Shown: positions 1 through 11,308, counted from the first letter of the stretch. The stretch: 64,000 bases of DNA from a virus (IMGVR_UViG_641201351_000001:64001-128000), one strand, 5' to 3'. Notes: a model not told the origin generated them from the sequence alone. Numbers and translations: made by a program.

Positions 1-838
1 CTAAAACCTGAGCTTCATCTTGCTTCATTTCTTGTTTTTCTTCAGAAGCATCTTCTGAAGCGTCTGCTTGAACCTCCTCTTCCAAGGCCTCAAGAACTCC
101 TTCTTGCTTTTCTTCTTCTGGGTTTTTTAGGTCTTTCGCCATAGTATCTTCCTCCATAGCTTTTTCTACACCATTATAAACTAGGCTTTTTAAAACTTTA
201 ACGAAAGTATCAATATTTATAGGTTGACCAGTAATAGAAACTTCATATAAGCGCATTTTGGGAGGAACATTTACATATACTCCATTGATAACCTTTGTCT
301 GAGGTTTGCCAATAGGTATAGCTCCTATAGACAAACCAATTTTACTAGTAAACCTATCATCTGCAGATTGAAGATGCTTGTAAACTTTTTGCGCAAGCTC
401 ATGATTTTTATCTAACAATATCCAAACAAAAAGCTTGTTGTCATAAATTTCTGCCGCAATGGGAATTCCAATAGGAACATCTATATCTGGATGCTTTGAA
501 GGATTTCCAGCGTGCTTATAGCCATGCTCATAGAAAATTCTTCCTGAATTTACAAATTCTTCTAAAGAATCTCCAAAAGTGTATTTAACATCTAAAATCG
601 CATCATTAACTAAATCAATGCTAGGCGTAGAAGCTACGCCAAATATTACCCAATCACCAGGTTTTAGTTCAAGATTTTTTCTTTTTACAAAAAATTCGCC
701 TTTGATAGGTTTTATTTCTGGAACCTTATCAGAAAAAAATTCTGCTCCACTAGGCGTTGTGTAAACATTTGTGCTTTTTATTACTTCAAACTTTGTTTCT
801 AGTGGAATATTAAGCACTTCTTTCATAGCTTTACTCAT
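1..838 (-). CDS. HK97-family prohead protease with acidic C-terminal scaffold-like region (runs off window start)
   Basis: Not in the ORF track; translated by hand from ATG 838 (TAATG overlap with the upstream stop): IFGVASTPSIDLVND...IFYEH...PIG...GLSIGA...RLYEVSITGQPIN, the HK97/S78 protease pattern, followed by an E/D/Q-rich tail. Confidence 0.85.
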   Translation of the reverse strand, partial: MSKAMKEVLNIPLETKFEVIKSTNVYTTPSGAEFFSDKVPEIKPIKGEFFVKRKNLELKPGDWVIFGVASTPSIDLVNDAILDVKYTFGDSLEEFVNSGRIFYEHGYKHAGNPSKHPDIDVPIGIPIAAEIYDNKLFVWILLDKNHELAQKVYKHLQSADDRFTSKIGLSIGAIPIGKPQTKVINGVYVNVPPKMRLYEVSITGQPINIDTFVKVLKSLVYNGVEKAMEEDTMAKDLKNPEEEKQEGVLEALEEEVQADASEDASEEKQEMKQDEAQVL

Positions 839-1098
839 TATAGTTTTTCGTTATAGAATTTTTTAGCTTCTTGCAAAAGAAGCTCAAAAAACCAGCCTTC
901 AAAGGTATCAAGGTGAAAATAATCTAAAATTTCTTCTTCTTTAATGTCAAACAATTTTATTGTGTCAATAAAAGCTTTTACTGCTTCATCAATAAGTCTT
1001 TGTTTTTCTTCTTTGTCGTCTGTGTTTTCAGCTTCTTGAAGTCTAGATTTCATAAATAGCGTTGTGATGGCTGCAATAAGTTGTTTACTCAGCTTCAT
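838..1098 (-). CDS. hypothetical protein (86 aa) in head gene cluster
   Basis: ORF overlaps both neighbours; GGAG SD upstream. Confidence 0.75.
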   Translation of the reverse strand: MKLSKQLIAAITTLFMKSRLQEAENTDDKEEKQRLIDEAVKAFIDTIKLFDIKEEEILDYFHLDTFEGWFFELLLQEAKKFYNEKL

Positions 1099-4000
1099 TT
1101 TCTTTCTCCTTTTTCAAAGCGAGTTTATAATCTTCTATTAGTCTTTTTATTATCGGGTAGTAAGTTGGATACTTGTTTTTGAATTCTTCTTCGCCATAAA
1201 GGAAGTAAAATTCTAAAGAAGTTGAAGGTACTTCAATGATATTAAAGAAAGAATAAAAGTTCATTATCTCATACTCTTTCATCATTTCTTCTAATTTTGA
1301 TTCAAATTCTTCGCCCATTTCTGATATTTTTTTCTGGGCATCTTTTAGAAAGCTGTAGTAATTCGAGTAAAGAACTTGAAGATCGCTACTTAAACTTGTT
1401 GATGTTAGTTGGATTTTACCTAGAATGTTTTTATCTAATCCTAATTCTTCTGATGCTCTTTTTGTAAACTCAACTATTCTTGGCCTTTGATGTCTAAGGA
1501 AAGTCAAAACAATAAATTCTGGGATTTCTTCAGACAACTTTTTGATTTCGCTAGAATCAAAATTTTTTCTTTCAATTTCCTTTTCAATAATATTTTCTAT
1601 TGTATCATATTCGTCTATTTCTACATCATAGTCTTCTGATGAGTAGTTTTCTGTTGTGTCATCTTTTCTTTGTACCAAATCTTTTATATGACGATATGCA
1701 CTCGCTAACGCATGTCCTATTTCGTGCATCAAAGTAGCAGTAAAAGGCGTAACTACTTTTATATACCTATCTTTTTCTTTTTTCTCTAGTGATATTTCTT
1801 TTTTATCCTCAATAATTGCGTCAATTGTTCCTTTTTTATCTAAAGAAGCACTTTCAAGCGATCTCAACATCATGCTAATAGACGGCCTTTGAAGATGTTG
1901 TTTTAATAGGTAGGCTATAGGATTGATATTAATTGTGTTTCCTGACGCATAATACCAACCATTTGGATTAATGACGACATTGATATACTTTTCAGATATT
2001 TCTTTAACAAAATTAAACCAATCTTCGCCTAATATAGGCTTCACTTTGTCTAAAAACTTACTAAACATTAGAGAAGACATTGGTGTATCAAAAGGAGAGT
2101 AGTATCCTACCATGGAATCTACAAGGTTTTGCGCATTGACAGATTCTGGAGGTGGAGGAGTTGTTCTTATACTTTCTTCATCAGATAAAGCGATTGAGCT
2201 TTTTCCTTCTGCTGAAAGTTCAATTGCATTTTTTATTAGAAGTTCTACGAAACGATTTTTTTCTATTTTTCCTTCAAACCACTTAAAAAATTTGTTGAAA
2301 GTTAATCTTTCTTTTAAATTTCCTTTTGTTTCTTCTATGAAGTAGTTAAAGGATTCCAATTCCTGAATAATTTCTTTTTCGCTTTTTCCAATTGAATAGA
2401 AATATTCAACAAGCGCATGCATGTATACATGAAAACCTAAATCTCTTACTGAAACTTTATAGACATTTTTTCCGATTCTAACTTTTGCTGACAATTCTAG
2501 TCCTCTTATGTCGTCATTAGCAGAATAGTCAACAACTTCAAAATCTTGCAAAGACAGCCTTATTTTGTCTAAGGTTTTCATCTTTTCTTTTGATGAAAGC
2601 GCCTTTCTTAGCTCATGAATTTTGCTTGAAACAAAGCCTTCTAAAGCCTTGCTTATAGCGCTCTTATCTCCTGATAGAAAATAAGCTCCTCCTCTACCGA
2701 TGAAAGCTAAGGTCATCGCTTGAAGATCGCTTGGAGTCAAGAAATTTGGACTGTTTAACTTGTGAGTAAATATATGATCCAAACTTCTTAAAGCAAGCTC
2801 CTTAGGAAGAATTTCTAAAAGTCCATATGTTTCAGGAGTTCTTTTATCTAAAAGTTCTTCAAGCGTTTTTTCAAAGAAAAATTCCTTCATTTCTTCAATG
2901 TCAATTAGATTATAAAAATCCTCAGAATTCTTTCTTGAAGAAAACTCAGGAGAAGAAATTCTCACTTTTAATACAGGTTTTCCTAATAGATTTACAACTC
3001 TTATAAAGTCTAATTTTTGATCGTTACTAATAAAGCTAGTTTCATTAGCGCTGTAAAGTGAAAAGATGTTCTTTTCTTCTTTTTCTGCGTAAATCAAGTC
3101 AGAGTTTTCTGATAGTCTTCTCATCGCATCAACAATAATCGCTTTGTATCTAGAAGTTAAGAATGCAGGAAACCTTTTTGGTTTTTCTTTTTCAAAAATT
3201 CCAACCAAGGAGTTTGCAATCAGATTATTTCTCATAGCAAACAAAGATGTGTAGATTTTTTTGTATTCTTTTTGTATCTTACTTATCTCTTCGCTAAAAG
3301 TTTCTAAAGCATTTTTTTCGCTTTCAAAAAGATACATTAAATCTTCTCGTATGAAATATTCTAAGTAATACATCATTGATTCTAGTGATGCGATAGTTCT
3401 TTTTGTAATTCTTCTTTTTGCGTTAATGTCGTTTAACATTTTGTTTATTGACGATACAACATTTTCTATACCTTTTAGAATATCTGCTTTTTGTTCTACT
3501 GAAAGAGATGAAATACTTCTGAGTAGATCAGTAATATTTTGATAAGAATTTAGAATCGCCTCAAAATGTTCACCAGAAGTAATCTTAAAATATTCAGCTA
3601 GTGTTGAAGGATTTGCTAAGTGTGTAAGAAGATTTGCAGCAGCTATTCTATACATCAACTTCTTTTCGCCTGAAGAATTAACTTCTTTTTCAATAATTTT
3701 ATCGTATGCGTAAATCATGTAATCTGTAAAGTCTGCTACTGCACTAATTGCACTAAGATTATTTGGTTCTGCAACATAAGACAAATTTTTTGTAGAAATA
3801 TCTGTAAGAAACTCAACAAATCCTTTTATAAAATCAGCTATCTCAAAAAGCTTCTCTGGATAATCTTCATATTTTTCTAAAAGCGCTTTTATTATTGGAA
3901 AAACTTTTTCTGTTACAAGAGAATCGCTTTTGTTATGATACCTGCTCAATAGTGTGTTTATTATGTCTACAACAAATTTAAGCTCTTGTATATCTTCTGA

Positions 4001-5668
4001 AGGTTTTCTTTGAGAAAATATTTCTAAAACTCTATAAAGATTGTTGTCTTCAAGCATTTCTTTTATTTCTTCAGGATTAAACTGTATTTCTCTAGCCAAA
4101 AGAGAAGTGTCAGTATATTTAGCTAGCTCTGGAGAAATTAAAGTTAAAGCTTTTGCGTCTGCAAGAAGATCAGCTAAATCTGAAGCAACATTGCGATCGC
4201 TGTAAAGATCAAGAAAAAATCTTCTTAGATAGGTTGATGCAGGTATATTTTCTGAAAGTAAGTTTATTTCTTCAGAAAATACATGTTCTATAAAAGTTTC
4301 TTTGTAAGCATTTTCGCTAGGCAGGAAGAAAGACAAAAATAGAATTAGACTATGCACATCATCTTCTTTTAATAAAGGCTCCTTAGAAACAAACGAAATG
4401 ACTTGCTCAGTTGCGAAGTCTAAAAGTTTGTCTAAAGATTCTTTATATCTTGCCTCATGTATTGCTATTTCAACATCGTCAGAAGAGTCGTATAATTCTT
4501 CTAACGAACTTAGATTTTCAATAGCTTTTACTATCAAGTCTTTTAGCTTAAAATAAGAACTTTCTTCTGAAAATTTATCTAAGGACGCAAACAAAACGAG
4601 CGCAGACATTATAACTTCTTCTTTAGAATTTGCAAATTCCTTAAAGGCTTTTTGAATAGTAAGAGGAGCCAATATAGCTTTATCTAGTCTAGGTGTTACT
4701 TCTAGAAGAACTTCAAAAAAAGAACTCAGATAGTTTTTTATGTTTTCTGGAGAATAAAGGTCAAATCCATAAAATTCTTTTCGCAAAAAATTGTTTACAT
4801 CAAGCATTACTTTTATTAGGCTTTTTTTAGACATTAACTCTTCTACTGTAAGCTCTGTGAGCGCTTTTGGAGATAAAGCGTAAATTAAATTTCTCTCTAT
4901 GTCGTAGAGGTCTATGTTAGCTTTTGAAAAGTATATTCCTTTTAACCTGTCTTTGTAGAGGTTATAAAAGGACAAAAACCAGTTAGCGTCAACATCTAAT
5001 TGAGCGCCGTTATATTTTGAAATAACTAAATAAGTGAGAACATTTAAAGCGCCATCAGAAATATCTTTTAAGTAGTTAGACAAAAATTTCTTTAGCTCCT
5101 GAAAAGCGCCTTCCTTCTTAAATACAAATGTTATATCTTCTTGACCTATAAAATCGTACTTATTTAAATAGCCCCTTTCTAGCAAAAATCCGATTGCTAA
5201 AGAAGTCATTAAAGTGAAAAATCCTGATATCTGTTTAGTTCCACTAGGAACTTCCCAATTTTCATCAATTCCTAAAATATTGTTCAATTCAATTAGATTG
5301 CCTTCGCTAGCGTCTATGTCAAAGATGCTTTCGTCTAGCTTTTCTATAAATTCTTCCAAATAGCTGCTTTCTTCTTCTTTTTCAGGTTCCTGAAAACTTT
5401 CTTCTCTGTAGCTTTCATAGACTTGTTGTTTTTGCGCAATTTGATATTTTTGCGCATATTTTTCGTATTCTTCGAGTATCCAATTTGAATCAGGTTGATT
5501 AACGATAACGCCGTTCTTAGGTTTAATTACTTGTCCTTCAAAAAATACAAAAGTAGTAGGATAGTCTTTGTGATAAAGAACAAATCCTTCAGGAACTCTT
5601 TTTACAACATCATAATCTTTTTCTGTTGTAATAGGACCAGTTATTGAATAAAAAGTGCCCATATTCAA
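1085..5668 (-). CDS. giant probable virion protein with C-terminal zincin metallopeptidase domain
   Basis: 1527 aa; NGWYY...INI...TLMHEIGHAL (HExxH) with downstream Glu in NIIEVPS; N-terminal VPEG motif shared with the neighbouring giant ORFs. Confidence 0.75.
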   Translation of the reverse strand: MNMGTFYSITGPITTEKDYDVVKRVPEGFVLYHKDYPTTFVFFEGQVIKPKNGVIVNQPDSNWILEEYEKYAQKYQIAQKQQVYESYREESFQEPEKEEESSYLEEFIEKLDESIFDIDASEGNLIELNNILGIDENWEVPSGTKQISGFFTLMTSLAIGFLLERGYLNKYDFIGQEDITFVFKKEGAFQELKKFLSNYLKDISDGALNVLTYLVISKYNGAQLDVDANWFLSFYNLYKDRLKGIYFSKANIDLYDIERNLIYALSPKALTELTVEELMSKKSLIKVMLDVNNFLRKEFYGFDLYSPENIKNYLSSFFEVLLEVTPRLDKAILAPLTIQKAFKEFANSKEEVIMSALVLFASLDKFSEESSYFKLKDLIVKAIENLSSLEELYDSSDDVEIAIHEARYKESLDKLLDFATEQVISFVSKEPLLKEDDVHSLILFLSFFLPSENAYKETFIEHVFSEEINLLSENIPASTYLRRFFLDLYSDRNVASDLADLLADAKALTLISPELAKYTDTSLLAREIQFNPEEIKEMLEDNNLYRVLEIFSQRKPSEDIQELKFVVDIINTLLSRYHNKSDSLVTEKVFPIIKALLEKYEDYPEKLFEIADFIKGFVEFLTDISTKNLSYVAEPNNLSAISAVADFTDYMIYAYDKIIEKEVNSSGEKKLMYRIAAANLLTHLANPSTLAEYFKITSGEHFEAILNSYQNITDLLRSISSLSVEQKADILKGIENVVSSINKMLNDINAKRRITKRTIASLESMMYYLEYFIREDLMYLFESEKNALETFSEEISKIQKEYKKIYTSLFAMRNNLIANSLVGIFEKEKPKRFPAFLTSRYKAIIVDAMRRLSENSDLIYAEKEEKNIFSLYSANETSFISNDQKLDFIRVVNLLGKPVLKVRISSPEFSSRKNSEDFYNLIDIEEMKEFFFEKTLEELLDKRTPETYGLLEILPKELALRSLDHIFTHKLNSPNFLTPSDLQAMTLAFIGRGGAYFLSGDKSAISKALEGFVSSKIHELRKALSSKEKMKTLDKIRLSLQDFEVVDYSANDDIRGLELSAKVRIGKNVYKVSVRDLGFHVYMHALVEYFYSIGKSEKEIIQELESFNYFIEETKGNLKERLTFNKFFKWFEGKIEKNRFVELLIKNAIELSAEGKSSIALSDEESIRTTPPPPESVNAQNLVDSMVGYYSPFDTPMSSLMFSKFLDKVKPILGEDWFNFVKEISEKYINVVINPNGWYYASGNTININPIAYLLKQHLQRPSISMMLRSLESASLDKKGTIDAIIEDKKEISLEKKEKDRYIKVVTPFTATLMHEIGHALASAYRHIKDLVQRKDDTTENYSSEDYDVEIDEYDTIENIIEKEIERKNFDSSEIKKLSEEIPEFIVLTFLRHQRPRIVEFTKRASEELGLDKNILGKIQLTSTSLSSDLQVLYSNYYSFLKDAQKKISEMGEEFESKLEEMMKEYEIMNFYSFFNIIEVPSTSLEFYFLYGEEEFKNKYPTYYPIIKRLIEDYKLALKKEKENEAE

Positions 5669-5683
5669 AATTTATTTTATCAT

Positions 5684-8600
5684 CTACCTTGTTATCTCTA
5701 CAAAAGCCTTTATAAGTTCGTCTAAAATGAAGGACTCAGAAGCTTCTATGCCAACTCTAGACAAAGCGTCTTTTACTATTTTCTTGAAATCTTCAACGAC
5801 TGAAGTTGATAGGTTGTTTTTATTTATTTTGTATTGATAGGCATCTATCTTGTCAGGAAAATCTAAGCCTTCAATCAAGGAAGACAAGTCTTCTTCGCTT
5901 AAATCATACACAGCAACAATTTTAGGTATTAGCGATTTCGCAAGCTTTTCTTTAAATTTGTTTCCAGAATAACTTTTTATAACATCTTTAGCAAGAACTC
6001 TAAGCTCTTTGTCTTCAGGTCTTTCTTGAAGCACGAATTCTAAAAGCGCATCAAGAATTTCATTTGTATCAGAATAGTAAATTAACCTCTTGTCTTCTGA
6101 AACTCTAGCTTTTTCTTTTTCAATGTTTTCTGCAATTTTTTCAGCTTCTTTGAGGAGTTCTTCATCTTTTTCATAAGGAAGAATAGGAAGGTTGAACTTT
6201 TTTAGCACACGATTTGTCAGACTAACAATCGCTTTATCAGGTGAAATGTTAACCTTTTCTTGTTGTATAAATCCTTGCTCATCTTCTGTCTGAATTGTTG
6301 TTTGTATTCCTTCTTCTGTTACATTCACATCTACAACATCTTTTTTGCCTTTAGGTTTTTTCTTAGATTTTGATTTCTTTTTTTCTTTCTTTCGATTTTC
6401 TTTTTTTGCTTCGCTAGATTTTTGTTGCTCTTCTTGTTGAGCTTCAGTTGTTTCTTCTTCTTGTATAGATTCAGCTTCTGTATTAGGACGCAAAGTATCA
6501 ACAATTGCAAATGCTTCTGCTAAGAAATCTGAAGTCCTAGAATACACCTTTGTCTTTTCGCCTTCTCTGATATAATAAAATCCTCTCTCTCCTAAAGATT
6601 TTTTGCCAAAAGAAAAGTTTTCTAGTGAAAACTCAAAATCGCTTTCAAAAAGCATTCTTGAAAAGTAAGGAAGATAGCCTTCAACATTAGGATTTTCTAA
6701 AGCTGCATAAATAATGAGAAGATTGTTTGAAAACAGAGGATTATCAGTATCGTCTAAAGCTAAATAGTGTTCGTTTTCTTCGCTTTCTGCAAACTTGAAA
6801 GTAGCTACTTCTGGTTTGCCCTTTTCGTCTGTGATGACTTCAAGCGATATCTTATCAGTTAAAGGCATTTCAATATATTCGTTAGATTTTGATATTTTCT
6901 TAAAAAGTTCTGCATATGTTTCGCTTCTAATTTTTCTTTTAATTCTATCGCTAATGTAGCTTTCATCAGAAGTTCTTTGAAGTATTGTTTGAGCAACGCT
7001 TCTAGCTAAAGGATTTTTTGATTGCTTGAAAACTTTTTCAGCAGTTGCACGCAAAGATTCTTTCTTTGTTGAAGATGAATACTCATCTAGAATTTCATAA
7101 GAAACATCAACTAAGCTTTTAAAATCTTCGTCTTCATTGTAAGCTTTTTCAAAATCTACTAGATAAGCGTATGCGTTATCTATACTTACAAAGTAAGGCG
7201 ACACTTTGTCTAAGTTTTTAGGATTAAAGATGCCAAAGTAAATTAAACCTTTTATGTCCTTTTCTACTTCAGGATCAAAATCAACAGCTTGTTGAATCGC
7301 CTCAGCAACATAAGAAATTGTTGAAGGCGAAGAAAAAAGATTTATTAAACTAGAGTAGTACTCTTCTTTTTCATCAGAAAGACTTTTTTCAACTTCTTCA
7401 ACAGCTTCTTTATTTTCTTCTACTAAAACAACCTCGCTAGCTTGTTGTTCAAGGTTTTCTTTAGCGAATTCTTTAGCTTTTTCTCTTTGCTTATCAGAAG
7501 ATGTCTTTTTTGTCTTGTCGGATTTAGCTTTTTTGCTAGAGGCTCTTGTTTCAGTTTTTCTAGCTTCTTCAGAAGCTTCTTCAACTGAAGGAGTAGCTTC
7601 AGGAACTTCCTCAGTTTGAGAAGCTGTTTCAACAGCTTCTTCTGCTCTTGTTTCTTCAGAAGGTGTTTCTTCTTTTTCTTTAATTTTCTTTTTAGCTTTC
7701 TTTTTAGACTTCTTTTTCTCTTTTATTGCCTTGTTAAGTTGTTCAATAGACGAATTTAGAAGCTTTTCTTGCGAAGTTGCTTCAGAAATAGTTTCAAAAG
7801 CTTCATCAACTGCTTTTTTAAACTCTTTTCCTAACTTCTTTAAATCCTCTAGCTGAAGAGTTCCTATAATTTTATCGTTAGATTTAAATGCAAAAGATAG
7901 CTTATTGCCTATCTTTTTAATTTCAACTTCTTTATCTTCGTCTACATAAAGAGTCAAAAATTCGCCCTTATCTAGTGTTTTCTCAAGATTTTCTAGGTCT
8001 TCAAAGGCAACTTCTTTATAACTTACTTTTTCCAAAGGAGCTTCAGGTATTGAAGATGTTTCCTCAGTTAAAGAAGGCTGCTCTTCTTCGCCAATAGCAG
8101 GAATTTCTTCTTCAAAGACAATTGGAGGAGTTTGTGTGTGTATTACATTAGGTGAAAAGTCGTCAAAGAGATATAAAAGATTTTCTTTCGGTACTTTTGT
8201 CTTTAAAATGTTGAAAATCGCATCTTCATAATCTTCAAACTCACTATAAGGTACTATGTCTTCAAACTTATTGGAGAAAGAATACTCTTTTGTGCCGTCA
8301 TATTTACCAAAAACTTCTTTCATGAAGGTATTGATTTTGTAAACATAAGGCGCTGTGCCAAATACAAGTGTGTCTAGGTCTTCTTTTGTTGTTATGTCAG
8401 TAAATATGCTTGAAATTTCTCTCAAAACTTCATTTAATCTTACATTGTCTTCTACGCCTTCAATTTCTTGTTCAAGATAAGTTTCAAGAGGCATTCCTTT
8501 GGCTTGCTCTATCTCGCTAATTTTCTTAGATAGTTCTTCAACATTTGGATTATATTGATCAAAAAGATGATAAGCAACAATTGAGGAAGCTAAATCTCTA

Positions 8601-10918
8601 AATCTGTTTACAAAGCTGTCTAAATAAGATTCTATTTCCCACTCCTTGTTTGGTTCTGAGTGATTTTCGTAGACTATGTTTCCAAACTCATCAGTTTTTA
8701 AATTTTGCGCATTAAAAAGTTTTCCTTCTTTAGGTAGAAAAGCTAAATTTCTAACAGACTCCTTGACTTTACTTAAAAGTGTTGCGTTAAGTCTGTTCGT
8801 GCAAGCTTCTTTAGATTCTCCTTCAGCGCAAACATAGCTATCTATTAATACCTTCAAAGCTTCTGCAAAAACTTGTTTATCAAAATCTCTAACGCTTTCT
8901 GATTTTGCTTTCAGTTGCGTTGAATACCTTTCTTTAACTGCATCTAAGTAAGTTGAAGCTTGATATAAGAGGCCGCTTAATGCACGATCTGTGTCGTCAT
9001 TTAAAACTACCTTTAAAGTTCCATCAAACCTATCAAACATTCCTGCAAGTAGCGCTAAGTTTGCTAGGTTTTCTTCTACATCACCTATTCCTATTTTTGT
9101 TTCAGGTGAGTGATTAATAAGTTCTCTTATAGCAGAAGGAAGATCTTCAAATATTTCTTCTAGTTTTTCTGGTAATCTTATGCTTTTTGATAGTTCTTTG
9201 ATTTGCTGTTCTTCAATTTGTCTTTGTATTTCAGCTTGATTTAAGAGTTCTTCATACTCCTTTTCTTTTTCTGCTAACATTCGCTTGATAAGCGAAGATC
9301 TTACTAAAGGATTAAAGATTTGTTTAGGAAGGTCTTTTTGATCAGCAAGCTTTATTAATTCACTTGTTGTGTGTTGTAAAACTTTGTTTATATTTGGTAC
9401 AAATCTAAAGTAGCCGTGAACAAGCTGAGTTTCGTATTGGGGAAGAAAAGCGTCAATAAAGAAAGCTAAACCCCCTAGCTTATTTTCACAAAGGCTTGAT
9501 GCGCTTCTTGCCTCCTCTTTAAAGGATTGATATCCTCTTTTGGAGTATTCTAAGTCCATGCTGTAAGAAATGCAAAGGTCTTGAAGAATTTCATAAGTCT
9601 TGCCTCTTTTAGAAAAGTCTTTCATTAACTCTAGTGCTTGATAGATATCTAAAGGTTCAAGGCTGTTGTTTAAAGCCAAAAGGCCTGCAAATGTATTTGC
9701 TAAAGCAGTAAGCGTACGCTCAAAGCCTAAAGATTCTACATTTTTCATTAAGGAAGAAAAATTGAAATCAGCAAAAGATTGTCCCAAGAAAAATTGTGTT
9801 ATCTTGTCAATGTGCTCTTTGTAGTCTTCTTGGCTTTTGTCTAGATACTCTATGCTTTCTTGATAAAGTTTTTCAGGCGAAGTTTCTTTTGGTTCTAAAA
9901 CTTTATCAAGCGCTTCATCAATTAACTCTTCTTTAATTTCTTCAGACAAGTCTTGTGCGCTAGCAAAGGTTTCTTTAAATTCATCAAATTTTTCTTTGGC
10001 GAGGTTAACAAGTTTTCCTAAATCTTCTTCATTAAAAAGTCCTCTTAATTCAAATAAAGCTTCTTTTACTTTGTCTAACGCATTTTCTAACTTTTCTAGA
10101 TTGCTTTCTTTGTCTTCATCTAAATCGTTAGGAAAGAATTGCTCTACAAATTCATCAAATTTGCTTTCTATTAACTTTTTATTCGCCTCAGAAATTAGGT
10201 CTTCTAAAGTAAAAAATTCTTTAAGCTCATCTAAGATTTCTTTTGATTTTTTATCAAGGCTTTCATAAAGATCTTTTGCTTCTGAAAGCTTTAGAGGATT
10301 GCCTTCTTTTAATCTTTCTTCTGCTAACTGAGAAATTGCTTCAAGAAGATCATTTTTTATCGCTTGTATTTCTAGCTGCCTTTGATTTTCTAAAACCTCA
10401 GCTTCTTTTGTAGAAATTTCTTTGCTTTCTAGTTCCTCTGATATTTCTTCTAAAGCTTCTGAACCTTCTTTAAGCTGTTCCTCTAAAACATCTACTACTT
10501 CTTCAGTTTTTTCTTCTGCTAACTCTTGTTGTAATTCTTTAATTTCTTCTTGGCGCTCAACAGAAACTTCTTCTTTTTGCTCAGTAGTTTTTTCTTCTAT
10601 CTTTGTTTCTTCTGGTGAAATTTCTTCTTGTTGCAGGTATTGAGAAATGTCTATATTGTATATCTTCGAAATAGTGTTTAATTGTTCCTCATCTAGCGCA
10701 TTACCAAATCTGTTTAAGTATTCTTCAACATCTACTAAGTGCCAACCGTTTTCAGTTTCTATTGCGATACCATGTTTTGTAGTTTTTTGTCCTTGAAAAT
10801 AGACGCTTCTAGTAGGATTAGACTCCTTATATAAAACCTTTCCTTCAGGTACTACCTTTACCTTATCAAAAGGTGAGTTATCAGTATAGGTATTATTGTA
10901 ATCGTATACAAGGCCCAT
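5684..10918 (-). CDS. giant acidic coiled-coil protein, probable internal virion protein
   Basis: 1744 aa, E/K-rich with Lys clusters; N-terminal VPEG motif; TAGAAT lies 6 nt before the ATG. Confidence 0.7.
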   Translation of the reverse strand: MGLVYDYNNTYTDNSPFDKVKVVPEGKVLYKESNPTRSVYFQGQKTTKHGIAIETENGWHLVDVEEYLNRFGNALDEEQLNTISKIYNIDISQYLQQEEISPEETKIEEKTTEQKEEVSVERQEEIKELQQELAEEKTEEVVDVLEEQLKEGSEALEEISEELESKEISTKEAEVLENQRQLEIQAIKNDLLEAISQLAEERLKEGNPLKLSEAKDLYESLDKKSKEILDELKEFFTLEDLISEANKKLIESKFDEFVEQFFPNDLDEDKESNLEKLENALDKVKEALFELRGLFNEEDLGKLVNLAKEKFDEFKETFASAQDLSEEIKEELIDEALDKVLEPKETSPEKLYQESIEYLDKSQEDYKEHIDKITQFFLGQSFADFNFSSLMKNVESLGFERTLTALANTFAGLLALNNSLEPLDIYQALELMKDFSKRGKTYEILQDLCISYSMDLEYSKRGYQSFKEEARSASSLCENKLGGLAFFIDAFLPQYETQLVHGYFRFVPNINKVLQHTTSELIKLADQKDLPKQIFNPLVRSSLIKRMLAEKEKEYEELLNQAEIQRQIEEQQIKELSKSIRLPEKLEEIFEDLPSAIRELINHSPETKIGIGDVEENLANLALLAGMFDRFDGTLKVVLNDDTDRALSGLLYQASTYLDAVKERYSTQLKAKSESVRDFDKQVFAEALKVLIDSYVCAEGESKEACTNRLNATLLSKVKESVRNLAFLPKEGKLFNAQNLKTDEFGNIVYENHSEPNKEWEIESYLDSFVNRFRDLASSIVAYHLFDQYNPNVEELSKKISEIEQAKGMPLETYLEQEIEGVEDNVRLNEVLREISSIFTDITTKEDLDTLVFGTAPYVYKINTFMKEVFGKYDGTKEYSFSNKFEDIVPYSEFEDYEDAIFNILKTKVPKENLLYLFDDFSPNVIHTQTPPIVFEEEIPAIGEEEQPSLTEETSSIPEAPLEKVSYKEVAFEDLENLEKTLDKGEFLTLYVDEDKEVEIKKIGNKLSFAFKSNDKIIGTLQLEDLKKLGKEFKKAVDEAFETISEATSQEKLLNSSIEQLNKAIKEKKKSKKKAKKKIKEKEETPSEETRAEEAVETASQTEEVPEATPSVEEASEEARKTETRASSKKAKSDKTKKTSSDKQREKAKEFAKENLEQQASEVVLVEENKEAVEEVEKSLSDEKEEYYSSLINLFSSPSTISYVAEAIQQAVDFDPEVEKDIKGLIYFGIFNPKNLDKVSPYFVSIDNAYAYLVDFEKAYNEDEDFKSLVDVSYEILDEYSSSTKKESLRATAEKVFKQSKNPLARSVAQTILQRTSDESYISDRIKRKIRSETYAELFKKISKSNEYIEMPLTDKISLEVITDEKGKPEVATFKFAESEENEHYLALDDTDNPLFSNNLLIIYAALENPNVEGYLPYFSRMLFESDFEFSLENFSFGKKSLGERGFYYIREGEKTKVYSRTSDFLAEAFAIVDTLRPNTEAESIQEEETTEAQQEEQQKSSEAKKENRKKEKKKSKSKKKPKGKKDVVDVNVTEEGIQTTIQTEDEQGFIQQEKVNISPDKAIVSLTNRVLKKFNLPILPYEKDEELLKEAEKIAENIEKEKARVSEDKRLIYYSDTNEILDALLEFVLQERPEDKELRVLAKDVIKSYSGNKFKEKLAKSLIPKIVAVYDLSEEDLSSLIEGLDFPDKIDAYQYKINKNNLSTSVVEDFKKIVKDALSRVGIEASESFILDELIKAFVEITR

Positions 10919-10930
10919 ATCTGTATTCTA

Positions 10931-11308
10931 CTATTCGCCTTTTTCTTCTTCTGGTATACAGTAGATTTCTCTTAAAGCAGTAAGTGGATCTTCATCTACG
11001 CCATATTTGCTTAGATATTTGATAGCCAAATCTAAGTGATAACAAGACTGAAACTTATCATCATTTTGCTCAAATTCTACCAAAGCGCTTAGGCCGCTAA
11101 GATATTCAGCGAATTTTTTACCGCTATAATCTTCCTCTAAAGACGGTGTTTTTTCATACAAAACATTAGCCCATTCCCAAGATAAATGTGGTAAAAACAG
11201 CGATAAAAATTTTCCTACATATTCTTTTCTTCTTTCAGTATCCATTTCTTTGCACATTTCAAGAAGTTCTTTGGGCATTTGTTCTTCGTTTGTCATGTTA
11301 TCCTCCAA
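10931..11308 (-). CDS. hypothetical protein
   Basis: 125-aa ORF abutting the helicase; the start may be the ATG after the internal GGAGG (MTNEE). Confidence 0.7.
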   Translation of the reverse strand: MEDNMTNEEQMPKELLEMCKEMDTERRKEYVGKFLSLFLPHLSWEWANVLYEKTPSLEEDYSGKKFAEYLSGLSALVEFEQNDDKFQSCYHLDLAIKYLSKYGVDEDPLTALREIYCIPEEEKGE

